From Trichinella spiralis (taxonomy: Eukaryota), in contig NW_003526941.1 of NCBI RefSeq assembly GCF_000181795.1, forward strand, positions 3,393,214-3,427,106: a stretch of DNA of 33,893 bases, written 5' to 3'. The position numbers and the translations under genes are program-made. Below are positions 13,193 to 25,569 of this stretch, piece after piece. Position 1 is the first letter of the stretch. Each line of letters starts with the position of its first letter. The notes below the pieces were generated by a model. It saw only the letters and a program-made list of their open reading frames with translations. It searched no databases and was not told the origin of the DNA.

Positions 13193-13234
<42 letters not shown>
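13193..13234. repeat. (TA)n microsatellite just downstream of the CX-module gene stop codon
   Basis: Directly visible. Confidence 0.97.
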
Positions 13235-13235
<1 letters not shown>

Positions 13236-13310
13236 CTATAACTAATCATGGCAACCGACTGGCGCACAAACTGTTTGAGCGATACATTTTTGGAAAAAAA
13301 ACAAATACAG

Positions 13311-16214
13311 TTAATGATTTTGACTGAAATCATCATTGTAAGCGGCCACTTTGTCAACAGATGGTCTGTAATAGATTAACTGTGCTTTTTGTTCTTCGGT
13401 TTTAATGTGTTGAAGTTGAGGCCGTTGCATTTGGCCAGTATCCGAATCATCGTGATAAGTGACTTCAATAGGGGTAGGGGGCCTTTCGTAGGTTTCTTTA
13501 ATTGGTGTGCTTGTCAACGGTGACAAGCGGTCACTGGTTCGATCTTCTTTGTCCGAGGCGAGAAGTAAGCCATGACGACGAGAATCCACTGTATCCCCAT
13601 TGTTGGTACTTGCCGATGTCATGTGCATCACTTGAGTGTGCTCTGAAGAACAAGGTTCAGTGCTCGGCTCTCGATGCGTGCCAACGCTGGATTCAAAATC
13701 CGTCACAGATACCAACTCTGGTTTCGCATGATTGATCAGAATTTCACATTCACCGACGTGACCATTTTTTTCCACTTCACCTGCGCTTCTTCTTTTCAAA
13801 TTTGCATTATATTCTACAAGTTATCATATCATTAAATTATTGTAAAATGAATAGTTTATTCGAATATTGTGCTGTTCAACATTGTTCTCTTGAACTTTTA
13901 GTTACTTTAGCTGAGTGCAGTTATAGATAGAACTAGATTCGTTGAACAGAATAAATAATAAATCAGTATAACTGATAGACAGAGAACAAATTTAACATTC
14001 AGATGTGTATTATTATTATTATTATTATTATTATTAAAGTGAAGATGAGAGAAAAAAAATTATATAAACCAAAAAATGACACTTATTGTAAAGTAATATT
14101 TAAATGAGAATTATCATGTTAATTGTGCATTTTTGTGAAATCAGAAAATGAATCCATTTTGTCATTTGTGAAAGCATACGTTTTTTCAATTTGGTCAGTC
14201 GTTTATTCTTTTGACAGAAATAATAAATGCCACCTAGTAGAGCACAGATGAGGAAAAATAGCAACAACAACAGCAAAATCAATGCCCTGCAAATGAGATA
14301 AATTTTGATTTTTTGATTGAATTCAATAATATGTATACAAACCAAAGCGGCAGAACTTCTGCTTCCGACGGGATGCAACATTCACGTCCACAGCAGGTTT
14401 TCTCAGAGCTGCATCTTTAAATTTAATTTAAAAAAATTAAACGTTAAAAAGATAGGTCAACGTTTGATCGGTTTGGAAATAAATTTCAAGTGCTATTCAA
14501 AAATTTGGTCAAAAGTGTACAAATTTTCAAACTGTCGGCCAGGCCAGAACCGCAATTTTTGAACAAGAAATTCAACGATCACAAATTTGACAACTTCATT
14601 CCAAATCGCTGACATCAAGCAATGCATCATTGCCAAATTCAATTCAACAATTCAAAATGACAATACTGAAAATGAAAATGTGCACTACTACTCTCATGCT
14701 CTGGTCAATTTTCCACTTTCAACACGATTGTCAGTCTTTCAAAACTGTTATAAAATCCACTTGAAAATTTGCATACTCAAATCCTACGTTCAACGTATAT
14801 TTATATATGTATATGTATATGTATAACATATCTGTCAAGATTTGTATTTCTTACTGTATTGTTTATTATTCATTTACTTAAGAATCATAGATAAAATTGA
14901 TCATTTTTGTAAAAATTTATAATAAAGTGAAAATGGAAATAGAAGAAAGTGAATTTAAATAGAATCATTAAATTATCATTGCAATCAAGCATTAATGTTG
15001 AAAGTGTTGGGGGAAACTTTTCAAAAAGATTTTTGCTTTTTACTATATTCCCGCCTTTTCTAAAATATGACTTTAGATTTTCAAAACGCCATTTTGTCTT
15101 GTTCAATTATGCACTAGTAGAGAATTGATGCTCAACATGCTAAAGAAACTTTGAACAGTTAATATTGCATAAAGTGCAAAATTTTCGCTTCTTTAAATCA
15201 ATAATTTAAAACAATACCTGCAAAATTCAAGTTCACACTTGTGACGTGTCACACGTGAGTAATATTGTTGACATTTGCAATTACAGTAAAAGTGTGACAA
15301 AAAAATGCAAATTCTCTTGAATTAATTAATTGTGTAAAATTGAATATTGCTTTTTTATCGTAAATACACTACTAACGTTCAAGTGATCATTATGAACACT
15401 AGCCCAATTTTTCATTGATTAATACAAATTAAATTTTTCATCAAAATAAATTTGCATGTGAGTCATCAGTAGAAAATGGATTTTTTTTGTTGTAGAAAAA
15501 GAATTTTTTTAATTGTTAAAACTAGCTCATTTAAAAGTTATTTGAAAAAAGTTTCCTCATTTCCTTTGTTCTTTTTTCAAACCTGTTCAAAAATCGAATA
15601 TGCTATTTCCATTTTCCCACCATTGTTCTTTTTTTATTTCTATTTCCACAATGCGAAGAGTGAGATTTTTACTCATTTGAAATGATTATTGAACATATTA
15701 AAAAAATAATTATAATAAGATGAGAGATAATCAGGAGTTGTTATGTTGGAATATTAATGAGAATTATGAAAGTGTAGAAAAATATACTGGCAATGACCGA
15801 AGGTGTGTATTTGAAAATTCCTTTGACGCCATTCTGTGTGAAGAACAAGAACAAGAAGAAGCAGAAGTGCACTTGATTATTGTATTGTCAGTAAATAGTT
15901 TCCAACAGCGGCGCCGACCTCGTTCTGATGACCGATTACATCTTAGTGCATTAGTGAAAAGCGGTGGACAGAATATTTTGACAGTCGACATCTTAATTAG
16001 TTTAAAAACAAAACCAAAAACAGAAACCAACAACTTGATTATAATTATTATTATTAATTTTTTTTTCATTTATTTCATATACATACCGAAAAACGTACAA
16101 CTCATCTTTAGCATTCACTCCTGATTCGCGATATTCGCAGACAATGTAGCCGCCAACGTAACGGTCAATCTCCACTCCAGTACTATCTGGTTGTAGTTTC
16201 ACTTCATTCATCAT
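13311..16214 (-). CDS. Single-pass membrane protein with a CX-module-like (Shisa/WBP1-type) Cys-rich ectodomain, ~269 aa; coding exons 16214-16087, 14414-14343, 14286-14180, 13813-13311; true 5' start uncertain
   Basis: Phase-consistent GT-AG joins give 810 nt. The product reads ...[89 protein letters not shown]... The pattern CEY-x(n)-FxC-x(5)-CCGxECC followed by a TM helix and basic stop-transfer residues is typical of the nematode CX module. A long polar cytoplasmic tail follows. Confidence 0.75.
14008..14036. repeat. (TAT)n microsatellite in the last intron of the CX-module gene
   Basis: Directly visible. Confidence 0.92.
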
Positions 16215-16585
16215 TGGTTCATCGGCTTTTTTTTCAAATCAATTTACAAAATAATTATTATTAATATAAGTATACAATCGATGATAAAATCAAATGCAGT
16301 ATGCAGTGGTGAAAGGTGGAAAAATTTTTTAAAGAATATGGGAAAATATGTTGAGTTGCAATTTTGTTTGCCGTTGCTCACCTGTTGTTTGTTGTTGGAA
16401 GAGAAAATTTTTAAATTTTCAGAATTCGCGTCTAGCTCACTTGACGACAACGACAAGTTTGCCAACAACAATCCGGTCAGTCGTCTTGAACAGGTTGTAT
16501 AAGCAGCAGAAGTAGAAAAAGCAACGTCACCAATCAACGATCGAGCTTGAACACGTTCACTAACATTATTACTAATATCACCACC

Positions 16586-16615
16586 ACTAACTAACTAACT
16601 AACTAACTGACTAAC
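16586..16615. repeat. (ACTA)n tetranucleotide repeat
   Basis: actaactaactaactaactaactgactaac visible upstream of the CX-module CDS. Confidence 0.9.
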
Positions 16616-19600
16616 GATCTATCTGGATATCTGTCTGCTCGACCCTGAAAAATTCACCAACCACCTTTCAAACTTCATCTATTATAATTACATGCTCATA
16701 ATAACAATAATAATAAGGATGTGAAATTTTTCCTTCTCCTCTTCTTCTTCTTCTTTTAAGTTTCTTATTTCAAAATTCATCAGATATAATTATTCAGAAC
16801 TTTTTGATCAAATATAAATGCAAATCTGATTTTGTTCTGCACACACACTAATGTAAACGCGAAATGTATACTAAAAATTATATTTAAAACTACCATTCAA
16901 CTTGTATTTGTACCTAAATATCATAAATACAAATATTATTACGATACCCTTAAAAAATACAAAATTTGAATTTTTTGTTTTTTTTCAAATAAAAAAACAA
17001 CTTGAAATACTGTTGACCAAATGCTAATTAATATACCAATGTATATGTTTTTTTCTATTTTTTGACTTGGTTTTTTTAAACTTACGTGATGTTCAAGTTC
17101 ACTATTTTTTCAACTTATCTGCATATTAAAAAAATAATATTTGATAAACAATAATTTGCACAATTTAAACTTGAAATAATGTTTAAACAATGATAGAAGC
17201 AAAAAAGAAAAAGAACTGATGATGGAATTGTTTAGAAAATAATTTCAATTTCTTCCAATATCATACAGTATGAAATTGAACTTTTTGAATGCAATTTCAA
17301 AAGGATTCACGCATTGAGTTGCAACTTTCTGTGTGTGCATTTGGAGAGTAATTATTTCAAAGTTTATGCATTTAAAAAACGAATTATTTTAAATATTCTT
17401 TTCATTAAAGTTTTAGCTAAAATAGGGAAAAGAGGAAAAAACATTTTCTTACCTAATGAAAAATATATGCAGATGTTCAGATTTCAGCGAAAGCACATCA
17501 GTGATCAGTATGCTTTACATGATAGAGCAGATTAATTTGAAACCGCTTTCACTTGTTGTAATACACTAAAGCAAGCAATTCAATACAAATATACCAGACA
17601 TTTACTGTTTGTTCAGTTATATTAACGTCATTGATCATCATGGACGTGTACAATCTTTTAAAGCATTTCAATTTTTCAAATTCTCACTGCTTTTATTTTT
17701 TTTCTTTTCTTGATAATTTTTACTCTACACTGATTTTTTACTTCAATTATTTGTTATTTCGCAGTTTGTGATGTTCACTTGATCATTATCAAGTCTGCTT
17801 TATCATCAATGTCCCCTCCATAATGAACAAACAAACATACAAAAATATCCAACAGCAAAGCACTTTAAAGCAATATAAAGCTGAAAAATGCTAAGCTGTA
17901 TGAAATGGTTGAAATTTTTTTTGAATAGATTTAGCGAGTATTAGCTGAAAATTGAAAAGATTATTTGAAAATGAAAACGCCCCACATTTGCATGCATTTC
18001 ATATTATGTTGAAAGGTTCAATTGATTTTGCGATCAATCAGTGTTTTGCATCATGTTCTGCGCACGTACGTGCAAAGAAAGCATGATATAAGCGGAAAGA
18101 AATTAACATAGAAGAGGTAAAGCAAAAAAAATAGTAGTTGGGATTTTAAATTACTAAATTTAATTTCTGAATTGGCCAATGTGGCTCAATTGAATTTCTT
18201 GATTTATGCTTACTTTGAAGTAATAATGAAATCAGCGAACGTCACTCTTCAAATTCCATTCGGCTAAATGCACAGCTGCTCGGTGGTCTTAATCATCTGT
18301 TTTCCAAATACTTTGTCTGATGACTTTGTCGTTGAAGACGGATATAATCGATCTATTATACATCATCTATTCGTTCATTCATTCATTCATAAAGGTATTA
18401 ATGTTTCAGTTGTTATTTTTTTCACAGAAATATTTAAATTGTTCAACATGAAGATTAATTTAATTATTCAAATAATAATTTTAAATTTCCTTATTGCCAT
18501 TTGTTTGAAGAATGCGCAAGATTTTCATATTCTTTCTTCTTTCAATACTCGTTGTTTCATACTATTTTCAAAGTACGTCACAATATCAGACTTTGTTCTG
18601 TTAATAAAAAGTTTTTTTGTTAATCAGAAAGCTTTTGTGATTATTCATTTGAAAATTATTTTAAAAAGTTTTTTAATTTAATTTAAAGTACTAACTAACT
18701 GGATTAAGTTTAAAGTCATGGTTGAGAATTTTTAAAAACTATCATGTCTGTAGTGTTCAATTTTATCAATACAAATTCCAATTATTAAAATATTTATACA
18801 TTAGTGCAATTTGATGCAATGCATTTGAGTTGAATGTAAATTGAAAAAAGATTATTACGTACAAACTTTTCTTTATTTATATTATTTTATTTTTTGAAGC
18901 ATTTTTCAATTTCAAACTGATTTTAATGCAAATGCACATGAAATGTAGCACATCAATAAAACTCCTACTTTTAAATTAATATTACGTATATGCGTAAATT
19001 AAAATTTATTTTTATTATTAATTTAAATTATTATTGCCAGAAGAAAAATTTAATCAGCCAAATTCCTCATAGCAAATGCATATACTGATTGTAATCTGCT
19101 TACTTTATGTATGAAAAAATTTTTTCAATTTGTTTTTCAGTTTGGCTTGCCTAGTCAGTTCGACTGATAATCGGAACTATGAATAACATTGTAAACAATA
19201 ATTTACATATACTGTTCGTAATATTGTATGATAAAAAAATTTTTCTTCTTTTTGAAGAAAATTATTAAATTTTAATCAATATTATTTTTTAGTTAATTTG
19301 AAATTTTCTTGTTCAATTGTCGAAATTTTTACTTGTTAAGAAAAAAGTGTGTCTGTTTATTATGCTAGCATTTACTCACTATAATGAATAAGCAGACCGT
19401 TTGTTTATTTGGTAAATAATATTTTATTGGAGAGAATGTCGACCAAATATTCTTCAATCAGATAATTCAATCTTTCAAGATTTCATCTTTTTTTCTTTAA
19501 TTGCCAACCCTCCCACACCCGAACCTCCTGAAAACAGAAAAAAATTTTATTTAATTGCATGAGCAATTATTTTGAGAATAATAATAATCTTTTATAAATT

Positions 19601-20399
19601 TATTGAAAAATAAACTCCCATAACACGTATTGAATGTTATTTTGTACTTTTATCAAGTTGGTGGAACAGTTTTCTTCACGAGAGTTTAACCGCTGTTTAT
19701 ATGTTTTTATAATTGTTGTGTTTTATAATTTTGAATCAGAACGATGCAAATCAATTTTCTAAAATTATTTTAATTGACACTTGTTTTACTTATGATACTT
19801 AATAATTATGTTTGGCAGCTTGTGCCATGGAAACCAACGTACCAAATGTTGCATTTTATCAATCTGTAGCAGCTTGATTAAAATTTAAGTATGCATTTGA
19901 GAAAGATTAAAGATTAAAGTCTGTGAAAAATTTTTCAGCTGATGAAATTCTGATTGGTGGATTTGATGAACATATGAAATTTAATTGATAACTTGTTGTC
20001 GTACTTGCACATCAAAATTATACCGTACCACGACAAGGTCAATCTGTCCTTGTCCGACGTGCACTGGCCAAATATAGCTTGGCTCATTTTTGGAATTCGT
20101 TTTGACACGTCATTTTGTGTGAAAACTTCCAATCGTGCCTTCTCAGTGTTGAAATTTGTTTGTCTGTAAAAGGGTGATTCATAATAAACGAGACTAGTTC
20201 ACTCTGTACCAACTCCCACAAGCTGTTTGACATTTTACTGTTGTTGATTTTAAAATGGCGCGAGCTGTGATTGGGGATTTTTATCTATTTCAGCTTATGC
20301 GCTAGCGATAATTCAGTTGCCTATTTGAAGAATCTTCAAACGTTTGTGGATGCTTTCACATCTCTCTGACTGAATAAGACAGTTTTTGTTTGATTTTGC

Positions 20400-23300
20400 A
20401 TGAACTTTTTGATGAAGATGTTATTCTGCCGATGCGGCTTGTTTTTAACGGCTCTTCTGGTCGTTAGATTCCAATCAGCCGAAGCCGAAAATGATGGTCA
20501 CTGTGTTTGGTATAAAGTTTGTAGTGACAAAGATGCGGAATTCAAAAAAAATTGCCTTTACAATGGCGCACCGCAACCACTTTTGGATAAAAAAGCCATC
20601 AACACGGTTATCAGCTTGTGTCCGGATCTCGTTGGGGGTAATTTTATTTCGATCCGAAATGATATCTGTTTAATTCAGCGTTGATGATAGATGATGAAAT
20701 TCCCGTCTTGTGTTGCGATGCAGAACAAGTGGAAATATTGGACAAGAGTGTTTCGACAGTGTTGCCATATTTCAGTCGCTGTCCTTCTTGTTCAAGGAAT
20801 TTTCTTCAAATGTGGTGCCAGTCTACGTGTAGTCCCCAACAATCTCTGTTTATGGAAGTTACGGATACTGTCAATGAAACTCGTGGAATTTCCGTTTCAG
20901 GGGTTCATTATTTGATGAAAGAAGAATTCGCTACAGGTATTTTCAGTTCCTGCCGAAATGTGCTTGATCCGTCGACTAACCAACGCGCCATGAATATAAT
21001 GTGTGGAGGTATGTTTGCCTTTTTAAAAAATTTTTAATTATTGGCGTTTGAATAAATCAAACGTTAATAATATTGTGTTAAAAGTTAAAATATCCTTTCT
21101 TTGCTCTTTTCGTTGTTATTGATTTCATTTGAAAATTGATGAGCGGCGAGCTAACTGTCTTTGCGGCAAGCGAATTGAGCGTTTTCTTGAGCAAAAAATT
21201 GTTAGAAGTAGAAAATTATTTTTGTATCCATTTTTTATTGATTTGAAGTAATTGAATTAATTTGGTGCTAAAAATTAAAACAAAACAACTGAAAGAAACT
21301 CTTAAGTATGCAGAAATTATTGTTGTATCAAATAAAGTTGTTTCGGTCTAAATAGGCTTTCAGGTTTTGCATCCGGTTTATTTTGCATTGATTATTTTTA
21401 CAATTAACTGCTCCTTTGGGGGACTGATCAGAATTTTCTATACACTGAACATGTACTGTACTGATTTAGATTTGCCAACATTTTGAAAAATTAAATATTT
21501 TAAATAAAGCAAAACAAAATCCAACTTGTTGCTTGCCGTTGTCGGGGTGATTGTCTGTGTTGGGGTATTTATTAATTTTAGTATTTCACAATTGAAAATA
21601 AATATTTTTGTTTTGTCCAATTGATTAACAGTGATGATAATGTTGTATTCTTGTATACTGTAAATGAATTGGTGTAAGAAAGTACGTGAAGAGGTTATTA
21701 TTTATAATATTTTGCAGTTTATTAATAAGAAATTTATTTTTCCAATGAGAATTTAACCTATGTAATATGTATTATGTGAAGAATTGAAATTCTCAAATTG
21801 GATTATTAAGCAATAATAATTGTTGAAAATTTTCAGTTTATTCAAGAAGTGTTTCATACAAGAGATTGTCTGTCTTCTTTTGCACATTATTTTAATATGT
21901 TAAAATATGTTGATGTTTCGAATATGTGGGTGAAAGAGATGAATGAGATGAGGGATATTGTTTTTTATGATATTTTTTTGTTTCTTTGACTTTTTAGCAT
22001 TACCAGAAATAATATTCGTGTACCAATTTTGGCTTATTATTGTTATTTTTATTTTACTATTGAGAATTCTTTTCTGAAAAATATATTTGAATTCAGTTTT
22101 ATTTATAACAAATGGATATATTTAATTTGAACTTTTTTATATTTTCTGCAATCGGATGGGAGTGTTTCTTTTTTTTTATTATTGTGTCTATAGCTTGTTA
22201 GCAGAGGAAATGGAGCTTGATCAGTAAACAAGTTTTTCTTTCTGTGCAACGATAATGATGAATAAATAAAATTGAATTATCTGGCTCATGGGATTGCAAC
22301 ATGTGGCAAGAAAAGTCACGTTTGCGCAATAATTTAAGCTTTTATATTTAGATTATCGAGCAATTTTTTTTGCAAATCATCATGTACTTTGCTCATTTTT
22401 CTTTTTCATTTCTTTTATTTATTTATTTATTTATTACAGACGAAAAACGAATTGATAATTTTTGTGAAATTCCATTGCTGAACTGAATAATAATTTAGTC
22501 ATGTTTGGAAATAGGCAAAAATTTAAATTGTAATTGATGCTGTGAATAGATAGAGCAAAAAAATATTGTTGCAACTATTATCGTCAGTAAAAGTGCGTCA
22601 TTGATTTCTCTTCACATATGCTAGATGCAATTTCACTCTGAAACTGCAGCATTTTACTTGTTTTTTTTTTAGTTTTGTTTTTCAAATTTAGAAACATGCC
22701 TACGTCCTGTTGCCATGCATTCTCATTTATCATCATGGCATGCTTGAGTGGATTTTTTTGGTAGTTATTGCTGTAGTTTTTGTACAATTGCTTATATATT
22801 TTTTGATAAAATGAAATTTGTAAAAACTTTTTTGTAATAAAATTGAAAATTAATTTGAAATAATTGTATTTGATCGAAATGCAATTTTAGGTTTAATGGA
22901 TGATGAGTGTACTGTAGCAGAATGGTTAGACTTTTTGGGTAACCCGTCGAAAAATCCTATGGCTCCGTTTGAGATAGTTTTCGAGCGATACAAGCAAGCT
23001 TCAGTGAACATCAGCGGCAAAATAATGTATCCATTGAATGCGTCAGTGTTCTCCTGTGCACAAGCTACTGACAACAATACAACACCGTGTAGTTGTCAAG
23101 ATTGTCCAACAGTGTGCTCTGAAATGATTCCATATCCTTCATATGAGAAGAGTAATTAATTTAATATTTTCTTTTGTTGTGAAATTATCAAAATTGAATG
23201 TTTTCACTTTTGTAGAGCGATGCTTTATTGGTCAGATGGACTGTTTGGTATTTGTAGCATTGTTGACTTGCTGCAGCGTTACTGTGGTTATTGTTTGCAT

Positions 23301-23657
23301 AGCAGTTGTCCATCATGTGCTTCTGGAAAAGGAGGCGGTAAAATCGTCTTCACTGAACGACAAGATGCCGATTGGAGTAAGCTGTGGTCAGCAGGCGCTG
23401 CTCAATGCGGACGATGTGAGCTCTTGCGCGAAAATTGGCGCTTGGTTAGAAAACAAAATTGAAGACAAATTCCACCGTTGGGGTGTATTCTGCACTCGGC
23501 ATCCGTGTTTGGTTTTCTTCTTCGGAATCACAGTCAGCTTGATTTGCACATCCGGACTTTGTTACATGCAAGTGACTACAGATCCGGTGCAAATTTGGTC
23601 CGCACCTGGTAGTCGTGCTCGACTTGAAAAAGATTATTTTGACAGAGTTTTCGAGTA

Positions 23658-23704
<47 letters not shown>

Positions 23705-25503
23705 TATGCATTTTTTTTCATATTTAATTTATTTGATCGTAATTTTTTTAGCCCATTTTATCGCATTGAGCAGTTGATAATTGTTCCTAGAAATCAGACT
23801 CAATTTGTTGCCGCGGATCCTTTGGATAACGTTGAATTTAATTGGGGTCCAGTATTTCGCAAAGAATTCTTGCACGAGGTTAGTTTTTTTGCAAAATGAT
23901 ATATATGTTTTTACTTGCTGGTGCAGTTAGTGATATATATTGTTGTTGTTTTATCTTTCAAATTTATGTTACTTGGTGATTTATGTGTTTTGTTGCTTTT
24001 GTTTCGCAGATTTTGCAGTTGCAAAAGCAGATTGAAAATTTGACCGTTCAAGTGGAAAATAAGCCCGTTACGCTTAAAGATATTTGCGTGCAACCGTTGG
24101 CACCTGAAAAGACGGAATGTTTGATACAGAGTGTTGTCAGCTATTTTCAGAGCAACGCAACAAATCTTGACGATGAATATTACGAAGAAGGATTTCTATT
24201 ATCTAATTGGCTCAGCCATCTCAGATCTTGTTTGAGGTAAGAAGCTTTGTTGTTGTTGTTGTTGCTATTTTTTCTAAATTCTATTTTAGAAATCCAATTC
24301 AAGTTATGGATACAACTATGTTCAAAATGCCCTGTCTAGGAGAATACGGCGGACCAATTTTTCCTTACGTAGCGTTAGGTGGATTTGAAGGTAATAATAA
24401 TTTGGTTTGCTTTTTTTTTTGTTCCTTGGAGAATTGTGATTTATAATCTTACAAATTTCTAGGTTCCGATTACATTTCCAGCAAGGCTGCAATTGTTACA
24501 ATTTTGGTGAACAATTACGATGATCCAAAAGCGAATGAAAAAGCTCAAGCGTGGGAAAAAATGTAATGATTGGTGGAATAGATTGTTGTTGTTTCATTTG
24601 AACCGAATTTTTTGAAATTATTTTTTTTTCAGCTTTATTAATTTTATCAAAAATTACAAAAGCGACAATTTGAGCATTTCTTTCAAAGCGGAACGGTCAA
24701 TTGAGGATGAAATTGAACGAGAAAGTCGTTCTGACGTTTCCACAATATTGATCAGCTATTGCGTTATGTTTGTCTACATTGTTTTAGCTCTTGGCCAGTA
24801 CGACATACGTGGATACAATTTTCTGCATTTGCTTGTAAGTGAATAATAGTAATAATATTATTGTTATTACTGTTATTTTTTTTGATACTTTATAAATTTT
24901 TAAAATGTATTTTAGGTGCAGTCGAAAATTTTGCTAGGCCTTCTTGGGGTGATGATTGTCATGTTGAGCGTGGTCAGTTCGTTGGGCTTCTTTGCCTACG
25001 TCGGCATTCCTACTACTTTGATTTCAATCGAAGTGGTTCCATTTCTGGTGCTCGCGGTCGGCGTTGACAACATATTCATACTTGTTCAAGCTTTCCAAGT
25101 TGAATTTTTTTGTTTTATACTTTTTTCTTATTTTTGCATAATTGTTATCCTTTCAAAGAGGGGTCATGGAAAGGGAAATGAAGATGTTGAAGAACAAATC
25201 GGCCGCATCACCGCCGAAGTGGTGCCAACGATGCTTTTGTCGAGCTTTTCAGAAAGCTTTTGCTTTTTCTTGGGTTTTTTTTTGCGTATGATGGAAATTA
25301 AGAAGAGAAAAATAAATTTTTGCTTCTTTTTTTCAGGTGCGCTTTCATCAATGCCAGCGGTGAAAGTTTTTTCGCTCTATGCGGCTTTGGCGATATTTTT
25401 TGACTTTTTCCTACAGATTACCTGCTTTCTGGCATTGTTCACTACCGATGTGCGTCGACAACGAGTAATGCGAGCTTATTTGTCCGTGGCTTGTGCAATA
25501 AGC

Positions 25504-25569
<66 letters not shown>

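Noticed and set aside
14462..14697. Alternative 5' exons for the membrane protein (MRVVVHIFIFSIVILN plus a 31-nt exon)
   Set aside because: Phase-compatible, but both donors are weak (GTTGA) and the model loses the CEY..FxC half of the Cys module. The 16087 donor (GTATGT) gives a much better model. Not fully excluded as an alternative start.
15720..16124. 134-aa plus-strand ORF and 101-aa minus-strand ORF
   Set aside because: They overlap the CX gene exon and intron, contain low-complexity stretches and show no domain signal.
18268..18681. 137-aa hydrophobic ORF
   Set aside because: F/I/L/K/N-rich composition expected from AT-rich non-coding DNA; no motif or splice support.
19935..20132. 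65-aa minus-strand ORF upstream of NPC1
   Set aside because: Non-ATG start, no recognisable domain; it falls in the probable promoter region.
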